Assembly: GCF_000315625.1 (NCBI RefSeq)
Contig: NW_005434625.1
Coordinates: 389,726-453,725 of the forward strand
Reading direction: 5' to 3'
Length of the DNA: 64,000 nucleotides
Source of the DNA: Guillardia theta CCMP2712
Lineage: Eukaryota; Protista; Cryptophyta
Each line of letters opens with the position of its first letter. The stretch's first letter is position 1. The notes under the pieces are model-generated. The model was given only the letters and a program-made list of their open reading frames with translations. It was not told where the DNA came from and ran no database searches. Shown here in pieces: positions 48,479 through 59,625 of the stretch. Both the position numbers and the translations under genes were made by a program.

Positions 48479-49220
48479 CCTGCAGAACCTTTCCTGGAGG
48501 CCTCCTCCCTCACGCTCCGCACGCAGACCTCGCCTCCTGCTCTACCTCCAGGACAGCAAACCTGGTCGTCGGTCTCGAATGAGGAGTGGAATTCACCTGC
48601 TGTCCGTCTCCAAGTGCCCTCCCTGCCCTCGCTTCACGCGCCTCGCGCTTCTCCCATTCCACATCCCCTCTGCATGAGCTCTGCGATTCCTGGACCTCAT
48701 CCCCCACCATACACACCTCTCATCTTTTCAGTCATCTTTTGGCCGGGCCCTCCGGCGGCCGGGCCGGCGGCACTGTGAGTCCTCCCCGACCAACTTGCTT
48801 CTGGTCAATCTTGACCCCCACCCCATCAAATGAAAGTTGGAAACCAAGTACCCCTGATTTCATATGACAAATTGAGGGAAAGGTACCCTAGCAAGCGGGG
48901 TCGTTAATATTCATACCCTCACATTCGAGAAAGAACCAGCCCCTTCTCGCCATGCAAAGCGAGGGCGACAAGGGAAGGAGCAGGCGAGAGGGAAGAAGTA
49001 TATGTGGCGAGAGGAGAGCTTGCGTAGAAGTGATAGATGAATCAAAGGAACCTGAGAAGTAGCAGCTAGTCCCGTCGATCAGGAGAGACAAGAGCATCTT
49101 TGTCCTGGAAGAAGGCACAGTCGACTTTGCGAACTCTCTCACTCTCGGCTCATAATCGTGTTCATGGAGAATGCGTGTATCTGTTGATTACAAGATATTG
49201 AGGGCAGGTTGATCCTAATC

Positions 49221-50300
49221 ATGCCAAGCATTTTGCACAGACTTGTTCTTTGTGCACACGACTCGCTCATTTTGCTCCTCGGCCTCACTTTTGCGCTTTG
49301 GATTTGGTTGTCAACATTTTCTGCTGGAAACATCGTTCCTATCCTTTCATTGCTGTTCCTGAAGCCGTTTGCTCCATGGATGCACGAGGTGTTTTTGGAC
49401 TGCCTGGCCGGTGTGAGTTGGAACTCGATCATCGAGTACGCAGAGCGTGTCTGCAAGTTCAAGACCATCGTAACGGGAAACCTTGCCGAGCTCATGGTCC
49501 GGTACCCAGGAAACAAGTTGATCCTATGCAACCACGTATCCGCCGTTGACGTGCTTGTGATATTCTTTGTTGCATCAAAGTATGGCAAGACGGGAAATCT
49601 CAGGTTTTTCGCCAAGAAGGAACTCATCTTTGTTCCGATCTTCGGCCTGGCTGCTTACTTCTTGAACTTTGTTTTCCTGGAAAGAAACTGGATCAAGGAC
49701 ATGTCCCGCATACGACAGAAGCTCCTGGAAATTGTCGGCAGCTCCAGGAAACGTTCGTTCTGGTTAGTGATATTCCCTGAAGGAACAAGGATTGACAACT
49801 CAAAACTCAAGAAGTCCCAGGAGTTTGCAATCAGTAGAAACCTCCAGCCATTGAAGCATTTGTTAATACCTCGCGTGAAAGGGCCGTCTATGTCCATCCA
49901 AATTTTAAAAGAAGAGATCGATTCGATTTTGGACCTTACTATCGCATACGACAAGCGCTACGGAGATTATGGAAACACCAGGCCCTCGTTGGTTGACGCA
50001 TTTCTGAAACGAAAGATAGAGTGGAAGGTTCACGTGAACGCAGATTTGATCCCTGTCTCAGATATCCCCCAAGACCAGGAAAGTTTAGATGATTGGCTGC
50101 ATCAAATCTTTGTTCAGAAAGACCAGAAACTGGAGCGTTTCCACGCTGACGGTGTTTTTCCAGCCAGGCCTTGTAACTTTGACGTGTTGCCAGGATATCA
50201 ACCTTTCATTCATATCATCGTTTACACGCTTGTTGCAGCCTTTGGCCTCTGGACTTTTGTTCAGGGTATATCGTCGATTGTTGCGTATGCTCGGCATTGA
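49221..50300 (+). CDS. 1-acyl-sn-glycerol-3-phosphate acyltransferase (AGPAT3/4, LPAT2-5-like), intronless
   Basis: Acyltransferase motifs CNHVSAVD (HX4D), FFAKKELIFVPIFG, FVFLERNW, WLVIFPEGTR, HLLIPRVKG, ILDLTIAY; N- and C-terminal TM segments. Confidence 0.93.
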   Translation: MPSILHRLVLCAHDSLILLLGLTFALWIWLSTFSAGNIVPILSLLFLKPFAPWMHEVFLDCLAGVSWNSIIEYAERVCKFKTIVTGNLAELMVRYPGNKLILCNHVSAVDVLVIFFVASKYGKTGNLRFFAKKELIFVPIFGLAAYFLNFVFLERNWIKDMSRIRQKLLEIVGSSRKRSFWLVIFPEGTRIDNSKLKKSQEFAISRNLQPLKHLLIPRVKGPSMSIQILKEEIDSILDLTIAYDKRYGDYGNTRPSLVDAFLKRKIEWKVHVNADLIPVSDIPQDQESLDDWLHQIFVQKDQKLERFHADGVFPARPCNFDVLPGYQPFIHIIVYTLVAAFGLWTFVQGISSIVAYARH

Positions 50301-50963
50301 TGGCATGGATGTGTTGAGAACGATGAATGGCTGAAGTCATCCACTGTGCATTGTCAAGTTGTACAAACCGGTCAAGCTTGTTCCATCTTTGCCGAATTAT
50401 CACTGCATATTAATAGACTTGTCGTTTTACTCTTTCTGATTGTTTTGATCAGTAGTGAAAAAAAACATTATTTATCACAATTTCGCTTGACGGCCGGGGT
50501 GCTATCGATGGAGGCGCCGCCGGTCAATCAGCCGGCAGACTCATGTTCGGCATAGATAGAGCAGGAGAGATCTCAGACGGACCCAGCCAGAGAGGCGGCC
50601 TCATATCTCAAAGCCTTACTTTCGAGGATACATGAGCTTGTGCTCCGAGGAGAACAGTAGATTCAAACAGAGACTCCTGGATCCCTCCCAGTTGAGCTGC
50701 AAGCTAGTCCTGTCCCGGAGTGTCAGGTTGCCTCCCAAAGCACCGCGAGGAGACCCACAACTCAGTCGAACATGCGTTGCTGTGTAAAGTTACTCAGCTG
50801 AGAGGATCCGAGACGCCGGCGGATCGAAAACTTGCTAGTCAAAGAGAACAAGGTGAGGGATGGTGGAGAGGGGCTGTGAAGAGAAGAAGTGATGCATCGA
50901 AATTCACAACTTCAGTTTTCCAGAGGATCTTTACTTTGGTGATTACAGAAAAAGCACAAGTGC

Positions 50964-52190
50964 TTATCCAAGAGAGAAGGTGTTGTTGGTGGGAACGTAG
51001 CTGATGTTCTGCATGGGCATGGCCATGAACATCGGATTGGCGGACTGCATAGGAGCCGTCTTTGACTTGAGCTCGTTGTCATCAGCATTCAAAGAGATGT
51101 TCGGCGCGGCAGTGGAGGCAGGCTTAGGGGCCATGCAAACCTTGTAGCCCAAGACAAGGAGAGCGAGCAAAGAGACGCCCAACAAGCTTCCCAGCACGGC
51201 AGAGACGATGGTGAGGTTCTTCTGAGCTTCCGAATCAGTGCTGCATTGGAAGTCCGGCTCCTTGACACCATGGGTAGCGCATGGGGAGGATGATCCAGTC
51301 GTGTAGATGGTCCTGTCTCCAATGGGCTGAAGGGGACGATAGTTTCCGTAAACCGCAAACTTCTCAGTGGATCCAGGGATAGTGACAGCCCACAGCTTGT
51401 CCATGGTTGCCCTGGTGATGGTAATGGGCGAGTCCATCACGATCCAGGTGACAACTTCATTGCATCCAGGAGTGGTCAAACCGCCAGCGTAAGAGTAGAA
51501 GCTTGCCTTGTCATTGACGAGCTGAGCGAAGTTGACGTCTCCGTTCATCGCAACGCCATCGGTCGTAGCCCGGGAAGCCTCATTGCCGATGGTGGTAAGA
51601 GCAGCAGACTCGGAGCTGCCAAGAGTGTACATTTGGCCCACCACAAGAAGAGCGTCCGAGTTGCCGCTGCTGACGGCATCAGAGATAGTGGGGTATTTGG
51701 AGTTGAAGTGAACAAAGTGAGCTTCAAGGGGATACTGAACTCCTTGGATGTAGTGCTCACTTCCTTCAGTTGCGGAACGACCCCAGTGGAAATGCATCTG
51801 AGCAAGCTTCCAGGTAGAATCTCCATCTGTGGTCGACCTTCCGACTCTGAATGCCAAGTTGCCCGCGTTGAGGACAGGAGCGTTGCTCGTAACGTCGAGC
51901 TGGAGGGCATGGCCAGTGTTCTTGATGTTAAACTTATTCGGTTTGTCCCAATTGGCTGAGTCAAACTTGATAGATGGAGCAGTACCATCGAACGCCTTGG
52001 CTCCGCAAAGGTCGACAGGAGTCTGCTGCTTGCCAGTTGAGCATACTCCACCCCACTTCATGGGGCCTTCCGAGGAATCACATTGATTGTAATTCCAAGG
52101 CGATCCAGCACGTCGCGCTTGATGACTCAAGATGCTTGGGCTTGCAACAGCATGGGCCACCAGGAGCAACGGGATCAATGTTTTCAACAT
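50964..52190 (-). CDS. Alpha-carbonic anhydrase, type I membrane topology (signal peptide + C-terminal TM)
   Basis: MLKTLIPLLLVAHAVA leader; WNY, CSTGKQQTPVDL, NTGHALQL, QMHFHWG (Zn-binding His pair), GSEH, YPLEAHFVH (third His), YAGGLTTPGCNEVVTWIV, GNYRPLQP; TM IVSAVLGSLLGVSLLALLVLGY. Confidence 0.95.
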   Translation of the reverse strand: MLKTLIPLLLVAHAVASPSILSHQARRAGSPWNYNQCDSSEGPMKWGGVCSTGKQQTPVDLCGAKAFDGTAPSIKFDSANWDKPNKFNIKNTGHALQLDVTSNAPVLNAGNLAFRVGRSTTDGDSTWKLAQMHFHWGRSATEGSEHYIQGVQYPLEAHFVHFNSKYPTISDAVSSGNSDALLVVGQMYTLGSSESAALTTIGNEASRATTDGVAMNGDVNFAQLVNDKASFYSYAGGLTTPGCNEVVTWIVMDSPITITRATMDKLWAVTIPGSTEKFAVYGNYRPLQPIGDRTIYTTGSSSPCATHGVKEPDFQCSTDSEAQKNLTIVSAVLGSLLGVSLLALLVLGYKVCMAPKPASTAAPNISLNADDNELKSKTAPMQSANPMFMAMPMQNISYVPTNNTFSLG

Positions 52191-52969
52191 CTGTGAGACA
52201 TGTATCAGCAACCTTGTCATTGAAAAGAAAGTCACGTCGTTTCTGGAGCTACAGGATCTCATGAGACTCTTGAAGCTGCCAGCTTCTTGCTCGTAGCATG
52301 CACATTCCATTTGATTCTTGTAAATGTCTTTTGCCTTCCTCATTGTCCTAATCCTCTACACCCTCTGCATCCTCCATCCTTGTCCTGCTTCTTTGTCTTG
52401 CTAGCCTCTTCCTCTGCTCTCATGGCGTTCACGAGCTCGCAGTCTTGGTCTCGGATGCGAGCCTACGGAGGCTTCTTTATACGTCCGGATCCTACTCCAC
52501 CCACCCCACCCCCTCCCTTCTCCATGTTGTGATCTTTTCGCCACCCCTTCTTTCTCCCTTGTATACCCCCTGAGCCTACCGGTGACATTGAACATTGGAT
52601 CTCATGGACCACCAAGACCACCCCAGCACTTCGCTGTAAAAGCCCTCACCGATGCTACACGGACGCCTCTGGTCATTTGTACGGGACCCACCCCTGGGTC
52701 CGGAGAGTCTGCACGGGCCAATTCCGAGCGATTCACCTAGGGCACAGGGGTAGTGGAGCCTCCGGGGGGGCCCCCGGCAGAGGATATTACAGCATGCTAG
52801 TAAGGTTGATCATCATAGCGAGTAGTAGGAGGGTAGGAACTTTCAAGTTTCTCTGCTCTTTTCAGGTCTCGGCCCCCCACTGACGCCGAGTAGAAATGAC
52901 CAGAACTCGGAAGGTAGTCGCGTTAACTTCCATGTCTCCGTGGTCTATGGACTCTCCCATAGGCTGGTA

Positions 52970-53750
52970 GGACCGAAATACGGCTCGCCGACTACACATC
53001 GGACCTACGTACGGCCGGTAGTAACGGTGCCGTACTAGTGACCCCGGGGCCGGTACGGTCCGGCGTACCTTGGACAGTGGCAAGCCTGAGTTGAGAGCCG
53101 GGCTACCGTTACGGCGGCGCGGCCGCCGAGCGCGGCGGCCCAATGTGGCCAGTGGCCCGGCCGACCGTCGGCCAGTACGGTACGCCGAGTACGGGCCGAC
53201 CGTGACTCAGTGAGTTACCGCGGGCCGGGCAGTGGCAGGCCCGCCGGGAGAACCAAACTTGAAACCGCATCCTGCCGGGCCAGAGACCTTCACTTCAGGC
53301 TGAGTTAACTTTGCAGGACTCGGCCGTTGTGGGCAGGGCCGCGGGGCGCCGATGCCGGTCGGACTCTGTGATGATGCCAGCCCGGGGCAGCCGCCCGGAA
53401 CTGGCTTCGGAAGCGGCCGCAGGCCTGGCCAGCCGGCGGCCTCGGAGAGGCCTTGCCACCGAGCGGGGGCTGAAGGATCCAGCCTGAGCTGCCTGCCAGG
53501 CTGGTTCACGGTCGGGCCACGGTTCAAGCATTTCCGCCGGGCCGGCCCGGGCCCTGTCTGGGGACCGTCGTGGCCCCGCCGCGCCAGGCGGCGCGGCCGG
53601 GCGCGGCGGTCCGGGCGGCCCACTCACTGCCAGGCTGGCCGCAGTCACGGTGCCTGACGGGTGACTGCCGTCACAGTGACTGAGTGCCACGCCACTGCCG
53701 TGCCAACGCCGGGCCGGGCCGAGTCCGGCGACTCCGGCGACGGCCCGGGA
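52970..53750. other. GC-rich palindromic intergenic island with the same motif vocabulary as 14270-15200
   Basis: ccgggccgg, ggcgcggccg, gtgactcagtgag (53202), aaacttgaaa (53256) and gtacgg motifs; no credible protein. Confidence 0.7.
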
Positions 53751-56700
53751 CCATACACGATTCTTCTTCAGCGTCAACGCATGCACGAAACAAGGGACCT
53801 GCTCAAAATGCTCAAACATCGGATGTATGCTCCCCTTGGCTGACTCAAGCGACGAGACCATCGGAGGGGGAGGGATTACCTCAGTAGGAGGAGGCGACTC
53901 ACGAGTTTGCGGGGCTGAGGGAGGAGCATAGCGTTGCTTTTCCGGCCGGGCGCTCATAGGAAAAATTGGCAATATTTTTTTTTTTCGAAGGACCTGAGGG
54001 GTCCCTTCATTCCATGCCAATTGGGAGTACCCTCCTTTGAGAAGTCATGTGGGAGGGTAGTCGCTCTCATGAAAATCGTTGCTGTGCAGGGCCAAAGAGG
54101 GGTAGGGTGATTTGAATTTGGTGGCGTGGACACCTCACCACGCCAAACCAATGTAAAAGTACGCATTTTAGGAGTATCTGTGGTACCAACTTAAAATTGC
54201 AGCTCTTACATGGTACAAAATGAGGGCCAAACTGGTCGGAACTTCGACTTCCGAGAACCCCTCCATTTGACTGTTGTTGGGGGGTGGGGTAGGCATGGAG
54301 CACCCTCAACCACCCACCTTTGAAAGAATTTGAAACTGTGTAATAGGGGGTGGGGGGTAGCCCCCTTTTCTCATTCCCCAAGCCCCCTCTCCCTGGACGA
54401 GCAAGAGGCGATGAAATGGTGCCTTCCTGACTCGCGAGGATGAACCTTGATATTGAGAGACTTCGAATCCAACCCAACTGAGATAGGAATGAGATGAAGA
54501 TCTCATATCACATCTGTAAGAGATGATCGAGCTTCTTTCTCAACTCTGCAGGTTGGGCCAAGGTTTGAATCATCCAGCGTGTAATGTAATATGTGCCCTT
54601 GGTTCATACAATCCGCGAGTGTACTTGCAAATATGCTTCGAAGACATGATGACATTTTTATGAACAGGTAAGGAACTAATAATGGATACACCATTGAACA
54701 GAATCAAAACTGATTGACCCTTCTTTCAAATTGCAGTGCGTTGCACGTTGCGCTCAAATGCATGATTTGTGAGAAATTTGTATTCAACTGTACCTTGAGC
54801 GACTTTTCTGTCTAACAATATGTTCTCATGTCATCGCTCACTTTCAATTCTTCTAGTCTTACGGTCAGGATTCATGCACTTCACTTTTCTACAGAGGACA
54901 GGCTCACACGCACTCAACCGTTCAACGGTGCATGAAGAGACGTTTGCAAAAAGGATGACTTCACCTGCTCGCATAGATTACTGTAGAGAATTGTTGTTGA
55001 TCATGAATCACTATATCCATGATCAAGTGCATTGACCATTGCATTTCCATGTTTCATGACGTAGGATGATTTTTCTGCACTTGGATTTCTTCCTCAGTCA
55101 TGATGTTTCCACAACGCTTCAGAAACCTAGTCAGAAATGAAACAATGTGCAGATAAATTTGAGCATCAATAAAAATAAATGAGATGTTCTTCGAATCAAT
55201 CCTGCCTTGTTTTGACGGTTCGCAATGCTGCCGTGCAGTTGTAGAGTTCTTGTCGCATGTGGCACTACAGAGGAGTGCCTTGTTCAACAGAACAAGCACT
55301 CGGTGATTGTAAAAGGATCACAAACGCTGTGAATCAATAAATAGAATTCCACATCCAGGGTATCACATCTTTATTAGAAGAGTTTCAATCAGGGTAAAAG
55401 CACAACCGACCTCCTTGTAATCAAGAACACGTTCCATCTTTTGCCTTGCGAAGGTGTATCTATGTGAACCAAGAAGCATGTGACATGTGGCCACATCATA
55501 CATGCTCTACGGCCTGGAATATTGGCATCTTCAAAAGTGCTCATGTTTGCGTTGAGATCATCTGCTTGGCAGCGGCTCATTGATGAACAAAATCCGATGC
55601 AAGTTCACACCAGTAATATTCACATGATGCATCATGTGATGAAATGACCTAGGCCTTGGTGATTTGCAAAATGTTTCATCGTTCAAACACGTCCTTGAAA
55701 ATCAGATGAAGAATCCTTCACGAACCACGGGACTTGCTTGTCCGACATCATTCGACAGCACTGCGGATCATGGTTGTTTCAAGCAGTCGAGCAGCTCACT
55801 GCTAAAATGCACCGTGCATTATTTATTGGCATCTTCTTGCGAGACTATCAGACATAGTCGTGCAGATATGTGTTCTTGAGCTCACAGGTGACCGTACAGC
55901 TTTTGAACAATCCAGTCACCATCTGATGATGATTCCCTGTCGTCTTGTGTGTAACCTCCATCCATTTACTCCAACTCAGTTTCCCTGTCATGCATCACAG
56001 ATAGCTTAGGGTATTTTACGCTTTGGTTTCGATTGCAATGTAACCCTGTGATGGTGTTTTCACTTGTATTATTCATGCTCTTCGCTTACCAAACGATTTT
56101 TCGTGAGATTCACGAGCTCTACCAAGCACTCCTCAAGGATCATCATCTCTACACCTCAGGAATTTCCCATGAGTATGTTCGGTGAACATCTGACATCTGC
56201 ACACGCTGCCGCGGGCTTGCTGTTTGCGAGCCATCGTTAGGGCAGTACAGAGCGGTGCGACGTGCCCCGTGCAAGGGGAGGCTCATGGCGTGTAGGGGGA
56301 GTTTCAAACTTGTTTATAAATTTGTACCACAAGAAGGCTTTACAACTAAGTTGGTAGACTACCCCACGATCTGACTGTAACTTGTGGGGTGTAGCCCTAC
56401 TTCTCTGTTTATACTCAACCATTACACAATACAGTCTAAAATATCTTATTGGAAAACAAAATGAGAATTATAAAGCTGAATTCGAACCCTATTTCAGATT
56501 CTCAAACACGCCACCCCCAAATCTACCTAGAAAGCAGAACAACCCCCCCACGGGAAAGCATACATGTAAGAACTCGGATAAGTTCTTGGAGACGGCGAGG
56601 TTGACTCAGTCAAGTTATTAGTTCGAAGTTCGAAGCTGAGTTCGAAGTTGAAGGCTCCGGGGCGCGGCGGGCCCGGAACCCACAAGGATGGCAGAGGGAA

Positions 56701-57414
56701 GTGGACGACGCCTGACATGATGACCGATGAAGAGAAGAAAGCTCGGATCTACTCAAGAAGATGGCATGCAGGGGATGAGGAAACTCTACAGGAGCACCTC
56801 CTGACACGTGGCTCAAGCCTGTATTCATGTGGCATGTGATGCGCCATGGAGTATGACCTTCTCTGGAAACACCTTGCAAGGATCGTAAGGAGGAGGCGAG
56901 CTGAAGAGGCGGAAAGGACGAACGAAATACCTCATTGAATACCGGTATGCTCCTGTGAAGAGCTCGTTGCTGAACGACAAACATCCTGTGCTGGAAAAAG
57001 GAAGTGGTCGATAAAATTGGACCATGAAAACAATCCAACACAGGACGTTCCGAGAGTGTCGAATCCAATCATGTGCACCTCTTACATGAGGGAAGCTCAC
57101 AGGATGGCTCGATTGGCCATCCAGTGTGCTTTGTGGTTGCTGATGTTGAGCTTCTATCTGTTGTGCTGATGTTGAGCTTCTATCTGTTTTGTATGCATGT
57201 GTCGATACGACCTAATAGGGATGGTCTAGAGAAAGGGACATTTGGTTCGAGATTCTTACATGAGCTTCTTAGCCTAGCTTTGACTCACTGACTTCACAAC
57301 AATTCTCATGGTGTACAAAGGATAGGCCTGAGCACGCGCATGTTGCTCGTAGTCTTCAAACTCTCTCGAGCTCTGTACACCTTCTGACCATTGGTTTCAG
57401 GTTTCCTTTGGCAC

Positions 57415-59587
57415 ATGTCGAACTTCCCCAACTTGCAGGCAGACTTGCAGAGCTTGTTGCAGTCACCGCAGTATGTCCCTCTAGCAAGCAACCCGCAAGG
57501 GAACTCTGCCATGATGCAGCAGAACATGCAGTTCCGGGATCCAGGACAGCACCTGCATCTGCATCAGCAGCAGGCAGCTGCTACTTGGATGACAACACCA
57601 CAGCAGCAGCAGGTCTTGCAGTGTCAAGGGACGAGAGGAGGAGAGGAACGCAATGCTGACATCTTGTTTGCAGGAGAGAATGACGGAGTTGGCGATGCAA
57701 GAGCTGCAGAATTTCCTTAGGCAGCCCGCAATTCCCCCGGACAACAACTTGCCCTATCAGGTGTACCCTGTGGCCCATCGCAGCCAGGAGTTCGAAGGGC
57801 TGTACTCCAGCATGCAGGGCATAAGACAGCCAGTTGAGTTTCCTAGTGCTCAGCTACCAAATGCAAGGGAGTGGATGGAGCAGCCGCAGCCATGGCCAGC
57901 ACAGCCAATTTCACTGATTCCGCAGGGCGCTTGGGCAGGGCAGGGCAGGGAAAGGACGCTACAGGGGGATTTGCAGCATCGAGCTATCTACGAGACTGTT
58001 CTGACGCAGATGCGTCAAGGGAGCGGTTATGGGATGAACGTGAACAGCGAGGTGCAGCAGCTTAACAGTCAGCTTTCGAACTGGTCGGGGTACCAGCGGG
58101 GATTCAGGGGAAAGAGCAACTTCCGTGGAGGAGGGAGTGGGCAGTTTGTGTCGAATTTTGGAGCGGAAGGAAAGAGATGGCAGCGGGTAAAGCCGTCCAA
58201 GGGTTTGCTGGACAACTTCGAAGGCGACGGGCCTGGTGAGGGTTTTGACCTTTCCCCTGATCTTGTCTCACCCATAACACTACCTAGCATGCATCAAACT
58301 GCTGAATGAATACGGACAGAAGAACAGCTGTACCGTACAGTACGATAGTCCGATCATCCCGACAAAGTAGGGCTTGATAATGCTCGCCTTCTCGCACCTG
58401 ACACGATGATCAGGCCTGACGGGGAGGAGAAGGACAGCTCACTCACATGCTCCGTCACGGTGATTGTGGTAGACAGCAACGGGCAGACGGTCGTGCAGGG
58501 CAAGGCAGAGGGGATGACGAAGAAGCTTGCGAAGCAAGGAGCAGCAGCACAGGCGATCTGCACGCTGTTCCCACAGGTGAGCACCAGATGGATCCATCTC
58601 CCTCCTCCCTTCCTGCTTGCTGAGAATCGTTCAGGAGGAGGAGAATTTGAGGTCCAAGGGTCTGCTTGAGGACGTAGTGAAGCCAAGCAGCACTGCAAGT
58701 GAGTCCCTCTCTTGATAGAGTATGCCGGTGACCTGTAACCAGCAGCTCATGGAGGAGAAACTGGAAGCTTGGAGCAGGGAACGGAGCAGGGGGAGCAAGA
58801 GGGAGCGAGTGGTGCCAGGAGCGCGATGATGGTCAACCCTGTGCTGCATCTCCAGCATGCATGCAGCCGCCTGCACAAGATGATGGAGTTCAGCATGCGG
58901 GAAGAAGGACCTCCGCATAGCAAGACATTCCATGCAGACGTGGTGATTGAAGGAGTGGTGATGGGTAGAGGAACCGCCCCGAAGAAGAAGGGAGCGCAAG
59001 GGTTGGCGGCCCGCGAGGCTCTTGGCAAGCTTGAGCTGGAAGGATGGTCAAACTTGCAGCCTCCTCCAGGCATGGATGGGGAGCGAAGCAACAAGCGCAA
59101 GCGACATGAAGAAGGGGAGGAGGAAGTGGATGGGGAGGGGGACTGGATCCCTGAGGAGAAGAGACGGAGCTCTCAGCCAGCGACGGAGGGGAAGCAACTG
59201 GATGTGACTCAGTCGACGAAACTGCTTCATGCCCATTGCTCCAAGAACCGACTCAAGTTGGAGTACAAGGTCGTCGAGGCTGGCCCGGCGCATGCAAGAA
59301 TCTTCACGGTGGAGGCGGTGATAGAAGGCAAGGTGTGCGGTTGTGGAGTGTCTGGGAAGAAGAAGGCGGCGACTGCGCTAGCGGCTCAGCAAGTGATCGA
59401 GAGCATGGGAATCGACGTGGTGAGCCTCTTCAAGGGAGGAAAGGGCTCTGCTCAAGGGAAGGTGCGGCCGGAAGATGAGGGGGTGAACGAGGTGCTGGAA
59501 GAAGTTATCAGACGAGTGGAGGCTGACCCTGAGCATGTGGGAGGGACGAGGAACACCGATGGAGTGATGAACGAAGGAGAATGTTGA
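57415..59587 (+). CDS. Double-stranded RNA-binding protein with three dsRBM domains and a Q-rich/RGG N-terminus
   Basis: dsRBM1 CIKLLNEYGQKN...VQGKAEGMTKKLAKQGAAAQAI; dsRBM2 NPVLHLQHAC...EGPPHSKTFHADVVIEG...GTAPKKKGAQGLAAREAL; dsRBM3 STKLLHAHC...GPAHARIFTVEAVIEG...SGKKKAATALAAQQVI. Upstream exons (from ~56690) are possible. Confidence 0.88.
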
Positions 59588-59625
59588 CGAGTGACATGTT
59601 TATGTACATCCGATTCACCACCAAC

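Noticed and set aside
54500-56200. AT-richer region with scattered CxxC-like codons as a decayed transposon or zinc-finger gene
   Set aside because: No transposase or RT motifs, no terminal repeats, and no consistent frame could be assembled. It may be an unannotated multi-exon gene but is not supportable.
56620-56652. GTTCGAA repeats as a heat-shock element
   Set aside because: Spacing does not fit alternating nGAAn units (TTCnnGAA). It looks like a variant of the TTCAAGTT island motif.
57138-57189. 25-bp repeat TGCTGATGTTGAGCTTCTATCTGTT x2
   Set aside because: Tandem duplication in probable intron/UTR sequence; no array and no cas genes (eukaryotic context).
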